Assembly: GCA_038748895.1 (NCBI GenBank)
Contig: JBCDIN010000001.1
Location: 1 to 56,470, forward strand
DNA from: Verrucomicrobiota bacterium
GTDB taxonomy: Bacteria; Verrucomicrobiota; Verrucomicrobiia; Opitutales; Coraliomargaritaceae
Direction: 5' to 3'
Length of the DNA: 56,470 nt
Numbering within the stretch: position 1 is the first letter of the stretch; every line of letters starts with the position of its first letter. The translations under genes were made by a program, and so were the position numbers. This document shows, in pieces, positions 18,650 through 26,808 of this stretch. Below the pieces are notes generated by a model. That model made no database searches, was not told the origin of the DNA, and worked only from the letters and a program-made list of their open reading frames with translations.

Positions 18650-19249
18650 TCAGAGCTTCTTCTTTACATAAGCAATAAGTTGTTTGGCGATTGGGATACG
18701 ACGGTAGACAATATCAGTCGGGTCCCAGTAATCCTGATGGAAGATTACTTTGCCTTCTGAATTGAAGCGCATGTGAGTCACTCCGATCGACTCTTCCCAG
18801 GTTCCGTCCGGGGTGCTCTTGAAGTCAAGGCGCATCGTCCAGTCGAGATAGAACTCACTGCCTGTTCGCGCGACACGGTTGAAGACGAACTCGGCATCAC
18901 TGAGTGGTTTCAGCCCTGCCAACATATATTCTTCGATTTCACTCGACGTTGTAAATTGTTTGAAGGCGTCGCGAAAATAGACCTCATCGGCATAAACTTT
19001 TTTGATGTTTGCCTCTAAATTCTCACGGGAGTAATCGCTGAAGAGTGCTTTGACGGCCTCGAGCATGGCGGCTTCTTCCGGCGTGCCGGGAGCCGGAGGG
19101 TTTCGGATACCTGGATCGGTTTCTTTGAGGGCTGTCTTGTAATCTGCGTCTGGAATCGTTTGTGTGTGCATAGCTTGATCGGATGAGGCACATCCAGTTA
19201 TCGAGAGAACGCATAGGGCGGAAACGAGAGAAATAATTATGCGGTGCAT
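18650..19249 (-). CDS. Lipoprotein, NTF2/SnoaL-like fold (tentative)
   Basis: 199-aa ORF with lipobox LCVLSITGC. The C-terminal ~130 aa has the alternating pattern seen in SnoaL/NTF2-like proteins (VYFRDAFKQF...FYLDWTMRLDF...VTHMRFNSEGKVIFHQDYWD). It is divergent from the CMAS methyltransferase operon. Confidence 0.6.
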   Translation of the reverse strand: MHRIIISLVSALCVLSITGCASSDQAMHTQTIPDADYKTALKETDPGIRNPPAPGTPEEAAMLEAVKALFSDYSRENLEANIKKVYADEVYFRDAFKQFTTSSEIEEYMLAGLKPLSDAEFVFNRVARTGSEFYLDWTMRLDFKSTPDGTWEESIGVTHMRFNSEGKVIFHQDYWDPTDIVYRRIPIAKQLIAYVKKKL

Positions 19250-19353
19250 GGCCTAAAATGAAGCGCTCTAGACGAATTTTCCTTACAGTGACGCGATCCG
19301 ATTGTAAGTTTCGAAAAATGAGAACGTTGGTTAAAACAAATCACTAAGATAAA

Positions 19354-20379
19354 ATGACTTTGGCGATCACACTAGCTGAGAGGGGCATCATGCCTGACAG
19401 CGCTATTCGAAAGGGCATCAGAAAGCTTTTGCGTGAGCGACTAACGGACCTTTCTCGAGAAAAGAAAACAACCGCGCAATGGGTGGCCGAACTTGAGGAC
19501 CGTCCACTAGCCGAAGCAACGGAGGCAGCCAACGAGCAGCACTACGAGATCCCGGCGGCCTATTTCAAAACTGTGCTCGGTGAACACTTAAAATACAGCA
19601 GCGGCATTTGGCCCGATGGGTGCGAGTCACTTGAGGCGTCGGAAGCGGCGATGCTCGAGCTGAGTTGCGAAAGAGCGGAACTCGCAGACGGCCAGAAGAT
19701 CCTCGAGCTCGGCTGCGGCTGGGGGTCACTGAGTCTTTGGATGGCTGAGCACTATCCTGAAAGCCAGATCACCTCGATCAGTAACTCCAATTCGCAGCGG
19801 GAATACATTGAAAGCCAATGCGTGCATCGCGGCCTGACTAATCTCAAAGTCATTACCTGCGATATCAACAGTTTTGACCCATCAAATACCTTCGACCGTA
19901 TTGTTTCCGTCGAAATGTTCGAACATGTGCGGAACCACCGCCAGTTATTGCGCAAGATCGACTCATGGCTGGCACCTGGCGGAAAATTATTCGTCCACAT
20001 CTTTGCCCACCGTGAAGAGGCTTATCTTTTCGACGTGAAGAGTTCTAAAGACTGGATGTCGAAATACTTTTTTACCGGAGGAATCATGCCTTCAGCCGAT
20101 CTTCTGCCGACGGCTGCTGAACTACTGAACGAAGAAATGCGCTGGGAAGTAGATGGCACTCATTACAGCAAGACACTTGAGGCCTGGCTCGCGAAGCAAG
20201 ATGCCAATAAGGACGAGGTCATGAAAGAATTTAAAAAATGCTACGGTAGAGACAAAGCAAAGCTCTGGTTTCAGCGTTGGCGGATTTTCTACATGGCCTG
20301 CTCCGAGTTATTTGGATTTAAGGGCGGGAGTGAATGGCTCGTGATGCATTACCGCTTTGCCAAACCCGTGCAGGTCTAA
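19354..20379 (+). CDS. SAM-dependent methyltransferase, cyclopropane-fatty-acyl-phospholipid/mycolic acid synthase (CMAS) family
   Basis: ANEQHYEIPAAYFKTVLGEHLKYSSGIW and the SAM motif ILELGCGWGSLSLWMAEHYP are typical of the CMAS family. 341 aa. Confidence 0.85.
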   Translation: MTLAITLAERGIMPDSAIRKGIRKLLRERLTDLSREKKTTAQWVAELEDRPLAEATEAANEQHYEIPAAYFKTVLGEHLKYSSGIWPDGCESLEASEAAMLELSCERAELADGQKILELGCGWGSLSLWMAEHYPESQITSISNSNSQREYIESQCVHRGLTNLKVITCDINSFDPSNTFDRIVSVEMFEHVRNHRQLLRKIDSWLAPGGKLFVHIFAHREEAYLFDVKSSKDWMSKYFFTGGIMPSADLLPTAAELLNEEMRWEVDGTHYSKTLEAWLAKQDANKDEVMKEFKKCYGRDKAKLWFQRWRIFYMACSELFGFKGGSEWLVMHYRFAKPVQV

Positions 20380-20380
20380 C

Positions 20381-21658
20381 ATGTCGGCTTCCGCAGTACC
20401 ACTGAAAATCGCAGTTGTCGGCTGCGGGGTGGCCGGGCTCACCTCAGCCTGGCTTCTAAGTCGTCAGCACGACGTGCACCTCTTCGAGAAAAACGATTAC
20501 ATTGGAGGCCACACGCGGACCCTGAAAATACCTCACGGGCCAGATGCCGGCTTAGCTGTGGATACCGGATTCATTGTCATGAATCACCGAAACTACCCGC
20601 ATTTCACTCAGGTGCTGGAGCAATTGGGCGTGGCTTTGGCCGACAGCTCCATGACCTTTAGTTTCTACGATCAGGAAACGAACTATGGTTATTCGGGAAA
20701 CAATTTGAGCAGCCTTTTCCCTTCCGCTTCTTATTTTTTCAAACCGCAGCACCTAAGTCTTCTCAAGGATCTGTGGCGCTTTGCTAAAGTCGGCTTCCAG
20801 GATTTGAATTCTGGTTACCTCGCTGATAAAACCCTTGGTGACTACCTCGATGAGCGAAGATTCGGGCAGGCCTTCAAAACGCACTATCTTTACCCGATGG
20901 GGGCAGCCATCTGGTCGTCTCCCATTGCTGAAATGGCTGGTTTCCCGGCAGAACCTTACCTTCACTTCCTGGAAAATCACGGCCTCCTTCGGCTGACAAA
21001 TCGTCCTCAGTGGCGCTACGTAAAAGGTGGCAGTCGCACCTATGTCGAAGCCATGTTGAAGGATTTCAAAAATCCGCCCCAAGTTAGGGCCGCCCCCAGG
21101 TCTATTCGACGAAAAGACAGCCATATTATTCTGGAAACCATTGGTGGTGAGATTCTTACCTTCGACCATATTGTGATCGGGGCTCATGCTGATGAAGCGC
21201 TCAAGCTGCTTGCTGATCCCAGTCCGGAGGAAAAGGCGAACCTTGGGCCGTGGCGCTACCAGCCAAATGAAGTCGTTCTCCATACCTCTGCAGCGCAGAT
21301 GCCGCCAAATCGCAAGCTGTGGTCCTCCTGGAACTTCGTCCGCGAGCCAGGACAGGCTAAGGAACGTCCCGTTTCTGTCAGCTACTACATGAACCGGCTT
21401 CAACGTTTGCAGACGGACCGCGATTACGTTGTAACCCTGAATGCCGGTAGCGGGATCCCAGAAGCGGATATCATCAACTGCACGACCCTGACTCACCCGC
21501 TTTATTCGTTTGAGACAATGGCCACCCAACCCAGACTGAAAGAAATGAACGGCAAACGGAACACATGGTTTTGCGGTAGCTACTTCGGTTATGGCTTTCA
21601 CGAAGATGCGGTGCGTTCTGCAGTCGAAGTCGCCTCCCAGTTTGGCATCAAGTTGTGA
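20381..21658 (+). CDS. NAD(P)/FAD-binding oxidoreductase (amine-oxidase-like, COG2907-type)
   Basis: Dinucleotide-binding motif KIAVVGCGVAGLTSAWLLSRQHDVHLFEKNDYIGGHTRT. The ATG at 20381 lies 2 nt after the upstream stop; the ORF-track start at 20357 would overlap. Confidence 0.85.
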   Translation: MSASAVPLKIAVVGCGVAGLTSAWLLSRQHDVHLFEKNDYIGGHTRTLKIPHGPDAGLAVDTGFIVMNHRNYPHFTQVLEQLGVALADSSMTFSFYDQETNYGYSGNNLSSLFPSASYFFKPQHLSLLKDLWRFAKVGFQDLNSGYLADKTLGDYLDERRFGQAFKTHYLYPMGAAIWSSPIAEMAGFPAEPYLHFLENHGLLRLTNRPQWRYVKGGSRTYVEAMLKDFKNPPQVRAAPRSIRRKDSHIILETIGGEILTFDHIVIGAHADEALKLLADPSPEEKANLGPWRYQPNEVVLHTSAAQMPPNRKLWSSWNFVREPGQAKERPVSVSYYMNRLQRLQTDRDYVVTLNAGSGIPEADIINCTTLTHPLYSFETMATQPRLKEMNGKRNTWFCGSYFGYGFHEDAVRSAVEVASQFGIKL

Positions 21659-22461
21659 TCGAACACTCCAAAATCTTTCGTGGCACGGTCGTGCACGAGC
21701 GGCTGGTCCCAACCGGGCATGCCTTTAGCTATCCGGTCACTTTCTTCGGTTTTGATTTAAGCGAGCTACCTGAGATTGCCCGGAATAACTTCACATTTGG
21801 CTACAACGAGACGCGCCCTGTCAACCTCCGCGATAAAGACTATCTTCACGGCAAAGAAGTCCCTGTGGTTGAGCAACTTGAGGATTTCATCGGCCCGGAA
21901 GCAGATGGACAACACACCTTGCTGATCTCGTCACCACGGTATCTCGGCCGGGCCTTCAACCCTGTAAATTTTCACCTCCGCATGGAAGGTGAAATCCTCG
22001 TTGCGGCAGTGGCTGAGGTGAATAACACCTTTGGCGACCGACATGTCTACACTCTGACCGAACTCATACCAGCAGGGCCACAGACCTGGACTGCGCGAAA
22101 ACCCAAAGACTTCCATGTCTCTCCTTTCAATAACATGGCCGGGGAGTATCATTTTACCTTCCGTATAGAAAATAATGCTATTTTTCTAGGAGTCGATCTT
22201 CACCGGGACGGAAAATACGTATTAAAGACGTGGATACGGGGGAAAACACAGCCACTGACCCAGCTCAATCTGATCCGTTATTTTTTTCTGCATCCATTCG
22301 ATACAGCCCTTAACAGCATGCCACGCATCATTTGGCAGGCCGCTATCCTCTATTACAAAAAAAAGCTGCAAACCTACAAGCGGCCCAGCCCTCACTCGCC
22401 TGATACTCTGATCGATCGCGACCAACCTGAGAGAGAACCGGCACGATTCAGGCAAGGATAA
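21655..22461 (+). CDS. DUF1365-family protein
   Basis: IFRGTVVHERLVPTGHAFSYPVTFFGFDLSEL...SSPRYLGRAFNPVNFHL...VAEVNNTFGDRHVYTL matches the DUF1365 pattern. The GTG start overlaps the upstream TGA (GTGA). Confidence 0.85.
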   Translation: MIEHSKIFRGTVVHERLVPTGHAFSYPVTFFGFDLSELPEIARNNFTFGYNETRPVNLRDKDYLHGKEVPVVEQLEDFIGPEADGQHTLLISSPRYLGRAFNPVNFHLRMEGEILVAAVAEVNNTFGDRHVYTLTELIPAGPQTWTARKPKDFHVSPFNNMAGEYHFTFRIENNAIFLGVDLHRDGKYVLKTWIRGKTQPLTQLNLIRYFFLHPFDTALNSMPRIIWQAAILYYKKKLQTYKRPSPHSPDTLIDRDQPEREPARFRQG

Positions 22462-22512
22462 GTTAAAATCCCTGTTGACGGATCGCTATTCTCTGGAGTC
22501 TATTAAGGGTTT

Positions 22513-23106
22513 ATGCCCGAAAAGAAGCAGCCCAAAGTGGAAATTGCTCCTCCGGAGACTTGGGTAGATCGCTATGGTGATTACTTGTATGGCTACGCTA
22601 TGTCCCGATTGCGCAACCCGGAGGCCGCTCAAGACTGCGTGCAGGATACATTACTCGCCGGGATTAAAGCTTTTGAGCGCTTTGACGGCAGTCGCGATAT
22701 CAAATTCTGGCTGCGCGGCATCATGAGAAATAAAATCGTTGACCAGATTCGCAAATCGGTCCGCGAAAAAAAGGTCGATATTGACTCAGAGGACGAGACA
22801 CTTCTTGAGAGTTTTTGGTTCAAATACAGCGGTATCGCCACGACTAATCCCGACCCCTGGGAATTCAATCCACGTAAATTCTACGATAATGGGGAATTTT
22901 GGAAAGTTTTTGAAACCTGCATCGACGAAATTAAAGACCCGGCGCGAGAGGCCTTTATTCTGCGGGTTCTAGAAGATCTCACTACTGAGGAAGTTTGTAA
23001 GGCAATGGATATAACTCCGAATTATCTTTGGGTGCTCTTGCATCGAGCGAGAGAACAGCTTAAGATACTCCTCGAGTCCAGATGGACCGGAAAAGATGCC
23101 ACCTAA
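22513..23106 (+). CDS. ECF-type RNA polymerase sigma-70 family factor
   Basis: Region 2 reads YLYGYAMSRLRNPEAAQDCVQDTLLAGIKAF...FWLRGIMRNKIVDQIR. The region 4 HTH reads LTTEEVCKAMDITPNYLWVLLHRAREQLK. The sigma2-sigma4 linker is extended. Confidence 0.9.
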   Translation: MPEKKQPKVEIAPPETWVDRYGDYLYGYAMSRLRNPEAAQDCVQDTLLAGIKAFERFDGSRDIKFWLRGIMRNKIVDQIRKSVREKKVDIDSEDETLLESFWFKYSGIATTNPDPWEFNPRKFYDNGEFWKVFETCIDEIKDPAREAFILRVLEDLTTEEVCKAMDITPNYLWVLLHRAREQLKILLESRWTGKDAT

Positions 23107-23121
23107 ACTTTCGAAGTATTC

Positions 23122-23421
23122 ATGTTTACCTGCAAACAAGTCTCAAATGCACTGTCCGAGGAGGATTTTGAGAAAATGTCGCCGCTAAGGCGATTTTTTC
23201 TTCAGCTCCATGTGAAACTCTGCGTGTTCTGCGGCAGGTTTAATCGCCAAGTCATCGATTCTCAGGAGATGTGTAGCTGCTACAAAAAACATGAGCAGTC
23301 ATCTGAGGCTGACCGTCCAAAGCTTGATGAAAACAAGAAGGATGAGCTAAAAGAACTTCTCGCTCAGCATTCCAACAAAACATTGGTCGAGAAGAAAGAC
23401 CATGTAGAGGCTCAAGGCTGA
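23122..23421 (+). CDS. Small zinc-binding (ZAS, zf-HC2) anti-sigma factor, apparently soluble
   Basis: 99 aa, starting 15 nt after the sigma gene. It has the C4-x25-H30-x3-C34-x2-C37 arrangement (MFTCKQ...LQLHVKLCVFC) plus extra C51/C53. No TM helix and no cupin domain follow. Confidence 0.75.
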   Translation: MFTCKQVSNALSEEDFEKMSPLRRFFLQLHVKLCVFCGRFNRQVIDSQEMCSCYKKHEQSSEADRPKLDENKKDELKELLAQHSNKTLVEKKDHVEAQG

Positions 23422-23548
23422 AAGTAGTTTATCACGCTGATTATTTCTGTTCAGCCGAATTTATTCATAACTTAGAGCACCTCCAGGTAACAATATTCGT
23501 CGCGGGAGCTAACTTGCATTCTCTAAGAATAGCGGCCAACCTCCGCGC

Positions 23549-24874
23549 ATGGAATCCTGCGACACCCCCGCCTGCCAGTCCGCCCGTGAGATCTTTCAAG
23601 AGCTCCAAGAATATTACGACAGCGATAATCTCTATTTTCAGACAATCGGAGCCGTTCTAGAGGCGGCCGATCTGATTAGTGTGCCGCATCAGCTCAAGCT
23701 GATACTCAGCCAGCCAAAAAACGAAATTATGGTCCACTGCCCGGTCAAAATGGACGATGGCACGTGGCAATCCTTTAAAGGCTATCGGGTCCAGCACAAC
23801 AATGTGCTAGGCCCCTACAAAGGCGGCATTCGCTACCATCATGACGTCAAATTGGACGAAGTGAAGACGCTCTCGCTGCTTATGACGATGAAATGCGCGC
23901 TGGCCCGCCTCCCCTATGGCGGCGCTAAAGGCGCCCTCAAAGTCAATCCCAATGCCCTGAGCCGGAACGAACTTGAACGCGTCACCCGCCGAATGACAGC
24001 CTCTTTGGGTAACAATATCGGCCCTGATTATGATATCCCCGCGCCTGATGTAGGAACAAACGCGCAGATTATGGCCTGGATGGCGGATACTTACATTAAT
24101 TTTGCTGAGTCTTCGACCAAAGTGACCGCGCGCGGCGTTGTTACCGGAAAGCCGCTCGAATTCGGCGGGTCTGCTGGCCGTGAGAAAGCAACCGGGCAGG
24201 GCCTTGTCTACGTCTTGGAGGAGCTGCTACCAGGTATGCAAATGAATCTTTCGGAGCTCACCTACAGCCTGATCGGATATGGGAATGTTGGCTCGTGGAC
24301 CGCACGCCTGTTGGAAGCCCACAAAAGCACCTTGCGTGCAGTTCTGGATCACACCGGAGCGATCTATAATCCGGATGGAATCGATGCAACCGAGCTTGCG
24401 GCCTACGTAGCAGAAAATGGAGGCATCAAAGGGTACGCAGGAGCCGAACCTATTTCGGAAGAAGCCTTTTACGCTACTGAGGTCGATCTCTTCATCCCCG
24501 CCGCACTAGAGCAGATGGTCGATCTCGAGCATGCCAAACAAATAAACTGCAAAGTTCTTGTCGAAGCGGCTAACGCGCCGACAACCCCGCGAGCTGAGCG
24601 CTACCTTCTGGATAAAGGCGTTGAGATACTCCCAGCCATTCTTTGTAATGCTGGTGGGGTCACGGTGAGTTATTTCGAATGGAAACAGAATCGCCAGTCG
24701 GAGACCTGGGATGAAGAACTCGTCGATGAAAGACTTCGCAAAACCATGATCCGTTCGGCTCGTCGTGTCCTCGAAACCGCTGAACGGCTTAAGTGTAATC
24801 TTCGTCTGGCCTCATACGTTTCGGCGATTGAACACATCAACAAAGTCTACGAAATGCGGGGTGTCTTTCCCTAA
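23549..24874 (+). CDS. Glutamate dehydrogenase (Glu/Leu/Phe/Val dehydrogenase family)
   Basis: YKGGIRYHHDVKLDEVKTLSLLMTMKCALARLPYGGAKGAL is the catalytic Lys-region motif. The Rossmann motif is IGYGNVGSW. 441 aa. Confidence 0.93.
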   Translation: MESCDTPACQSAREIFQELQEYYDSDNLYFQTIGAVLEAADLISVPHQLKLILSQPKNEIMVHCPVKMDDGTWQSFKGYRVQHNNVLGPYKGGIRYHHDVKLDEVKTLSLLMTMKCALARLPYGGAKGALKVNPNALSRNELERVTRRMTASLGNNIGPDYDIPAPDVGTNAQIMAWMADTYINFAESSTKVTARGVVTGKPLEFGGSAGREKATGQGLVYVLEELLPGMQMNLSELTYSLIGYGNVGSWTARLLEAHKSTLRAVLDHTGAIYNPDGIDATELAAYVAENGGIKGYAGAEPISEEAFYATEVDLFIPAALEQMVDLEHAKQINCKVLVEAANAPTTPRAERYLLDKGVEILPAILCNAGGVTVSYFEWKQNRQSETWDEELVDERLRKTMIRSARRVLETAERLKCNLRLASYVSAIEHINKVYEMRGVFP

Positions 24875-25037
24875 AATGCTTACCTTGCTTAATCGCTTCA
24901 TCTTCAAAACAAACTGTTTTAGACTGGCCAGATTTCCTAAGAACAGAAAAAAAACGGGAATAAATCGATTAGCTAATTCTTTTAAAAGTCGTCACAACTA
25001 TTAGCTCAATTATTCATCGTTCGACGAATCACTGCTC

Positions 25038-25436
25038 ATGAACAAAAATACCATTGCCTGGATCTCGCAGATCCTAGTCGCCATCATCATGGGCCAAACG
25101 CTCTTCTTTAAATTCACAGACGCCCCTGAAACTGTCGAGCTATTCAAGCTGTTGGGCCAGGGGGCTTTTGCCTACAAGACGATTGGTATTTTGGAATTGA
25201 TCGCATGTATCTTACTCGTTGTTAGGCCAACTATCGTCTATGGGGCAATCTTATCCATCGGACTAATGTCAGGTGCGATTCTGGCTCACCTAACGACGAT
25301 CGGATTCAGCGGGCCAAATGGTTCGCTCGGGCTTCTCGCCGTTCTGGCATGGGCTTTAAGCGCTGTTGTTCTTGTTATCCGCCGCAGTGAGATCCCATTC
25401 ATTGGGATTCGTTTATCCCGCGACGGTCAAAACTAA
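25038..25436 (+). CDS. DoxX-family membrane protein
   Basis: 132 aa with four hydrophobic helices. The size and pattern are typical of DoxX-like proteins (ILVAIIMGQTLFFKF...GILELIACILLV). Confidence 0.65.
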   Translation: MNKNTIAWISQILVAIIMGQTLFFKFTDAPETVELFKLLGQGAFAYKTIGILELIACILLVVRPTIVYGAILSIGLMSGAILAHLTTIGFSGPNGSLGLLAVLAWALSAVVLVIRRSEIPFIGIRLSRDGQN

Positions 25437-25543
25437 GCCACCCCGTTCATTCCCAACAAAAATAAAAATATTAATTTAGCGGTGGTTTCTGCCTTTTCCA
25501 AGGTCTACAAGTAAGCTTCACCACCCGGATCACAAACCTGCAC

Positions 25544-26062
25544 ATGAGTTCCAGCAATCTGATAAGCGTTCTTAAAGAAACACTCCTGCAAGAATACGAC
25601 CTACTCACCCACCTAAGTGATGAGCAATACGCCGCACCAGGCCAAGGCTACTACAAAAGCAGCGTGGGCATGCATATCCGACACAATCTGGATCACTTCG
25701 GTGCCTTTTTCGATGGCCTGGAGGATGGCCGAATCGACTACGAAAGCCGCGAGCGCAATACCCTGATCGAAGAGTCCACACAGACAGCTCAAGGCTTGAT
25801 CGAAACCTATATTGAAGCACTGGAAAATTTTTCGATGGAAGCCAGCTGCGCGCTTTCTATCCGCGAGGAAGATGGCGCACCGCTCGAGAAAGCGTCTTGG
25901 ATCGAAAGCTCTTGCGGTCGCGAACTACAGTTTTTGCTCGGACATTCGGTGCATCATCACGCCATCATAGCGATGATGATTGTGCAAAATGGGTTCACGC
26001 TACCGACAGGATTTGGCGTTGCTCCCTCGACCAAGCGTTACCAGAGCAGGGTAAGTCACTAA
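25544..26062 (+). CDS. DinB-family (DinB_2-like) metal-dependent protein
   Basis: 172 aa with a His triad context HIRHNLDHFGAFF ... LLGHSVHHHAI, typical of DinB four-helix-bundle proteins. Confidence 0.65.
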   Translation: MSSSNLISVLKETLLQEYDLLTHLSDEQYAAPGQGYYKSSVGMHIRHNLDHFGAFFDGLEDGRIDYESRERNTLIEESTQTAQGLIETYIEALENFSMEASCALSIREEDGAPLEKASWIESSCGRELQFLLGHSVHHHAIIAMMIVQNGFTLPTGFGVAPSTKRYQSRVSH

Positions 26063-26076
26063 AAAAGGATCGGTAG

Positions 26077-26808
26077 ATGTGCACGTTGAGTTGGTGGATC
26101 GGTCAGGAGAACCGTGGCGTTTTCTTTAATCGGGATGAGAAAATCACTCGATCGAGAGGACTCCCTCCAAGACTCATAGAATCTGAATTCTGCGATATCC
26201 TGATGCCAGTTGATCCTGATGCGGGCGGCACTTGGATTGGCGTGAACCAAATGGGCGTAGTTATCGCCCTGCTGAATAACTACCCGCATTATCAGGCTAC
26301 ATCGCCTGATCAACGCAGCCGAGGACGACTCGTAGTCGATCTCTTAAAACAATCGGAGAACGCAGCGGACTGCATGCAGCGCCTTTCCAGTCAAAACTTG
26401 GGGCGTTACCGCGGCTTTCTGCTCTTCGCGATGGACTTGGAAAGCAAACCGCAAGCGACTGAATGGGCAGGCGAATTCCTTCGGCCCATTCCCTTGCTTG
26501 GAAGCACCGGACTTCATCTGCTGACCACTTCCTCTGTCCGATCTGAAGCATGTCTTGAATATCGGCGTAAGCTTTTCTGCCGCGAATCGCGAACACCAGA
26601 ATACCTTCGCTCGAAGCATCAACATTTCGAACGCGCAGACCCGGCGCTGGGTCCACTTATGATCCGCGACGACGCGGCAACTGATTCGATCACCGAAGTG
26701 CGCCTGGAGGATGCTAACTTTACAATGAGTTTTCAGTCTATCTCGGACAATCCGCTAGAATTGGCTCCACCTGTTATCAAAAAGATCACGATGGCCGTTG
26801 CCAAATGA
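26077..26808 (+). CDS. NRDE-family protein (TANGO2-like, N-terminal Cys)
   Basis: It starts MCTLSWW and contains the literal family signature FFNRDEKITRSR, followed by DPDAGGTWIGVNQMGVVIALLNN and QRSRGRLVVDLL. Its TGA overlaps the ATG of the next gene (ATGA at 26805-26808). Confidence 0.8.
   Translation: MCTLSWWIGQENRGVFFNRDEKITRSRGLPPRLIESEFCDILMPVDPDAGGTWIGVNQMGVVIALLNNYPHYQATSPDQRSRGRLVVDLLKQSENAADCMQRLSSQNLGRYRGFLLFAMDLESKPQATEWAGEFLRPIPLLGSTGLHLLTTSSVRSEACLEYRRKLFCRESRTPEYLRSKHQHFERADPALGPLMIRDDAATDSITEVRLEDANFTMSFQSISDNPLELAPPVIKKITMAVAK

Noticed and set aside
20753-21712. 319-aa minus-strand ORF opposite the FAD oxidoreductase gene.
   Set aside because: The plus-strand frame carries a textbook dinucleotide-binding motif and operon coupling. 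The antisense translation has no motif and unusual composition.
19289-22508. A shared motif TGACG(C)GATC, with T(A/G)AG about 19 nt downstream, upstream of both the CMAS operon (19289-19323) and the sigma gene (22476-22508). I considered it as a possible ECF promoter.
   Set aside because: There are only two instances, and the match is short. At the sigma gene the putative -10 ends 4 nt before the ATG (22513), which leaves no room for a normal transcription start. This needs genome-wide motif statistics and TSS data before it can be claimed.
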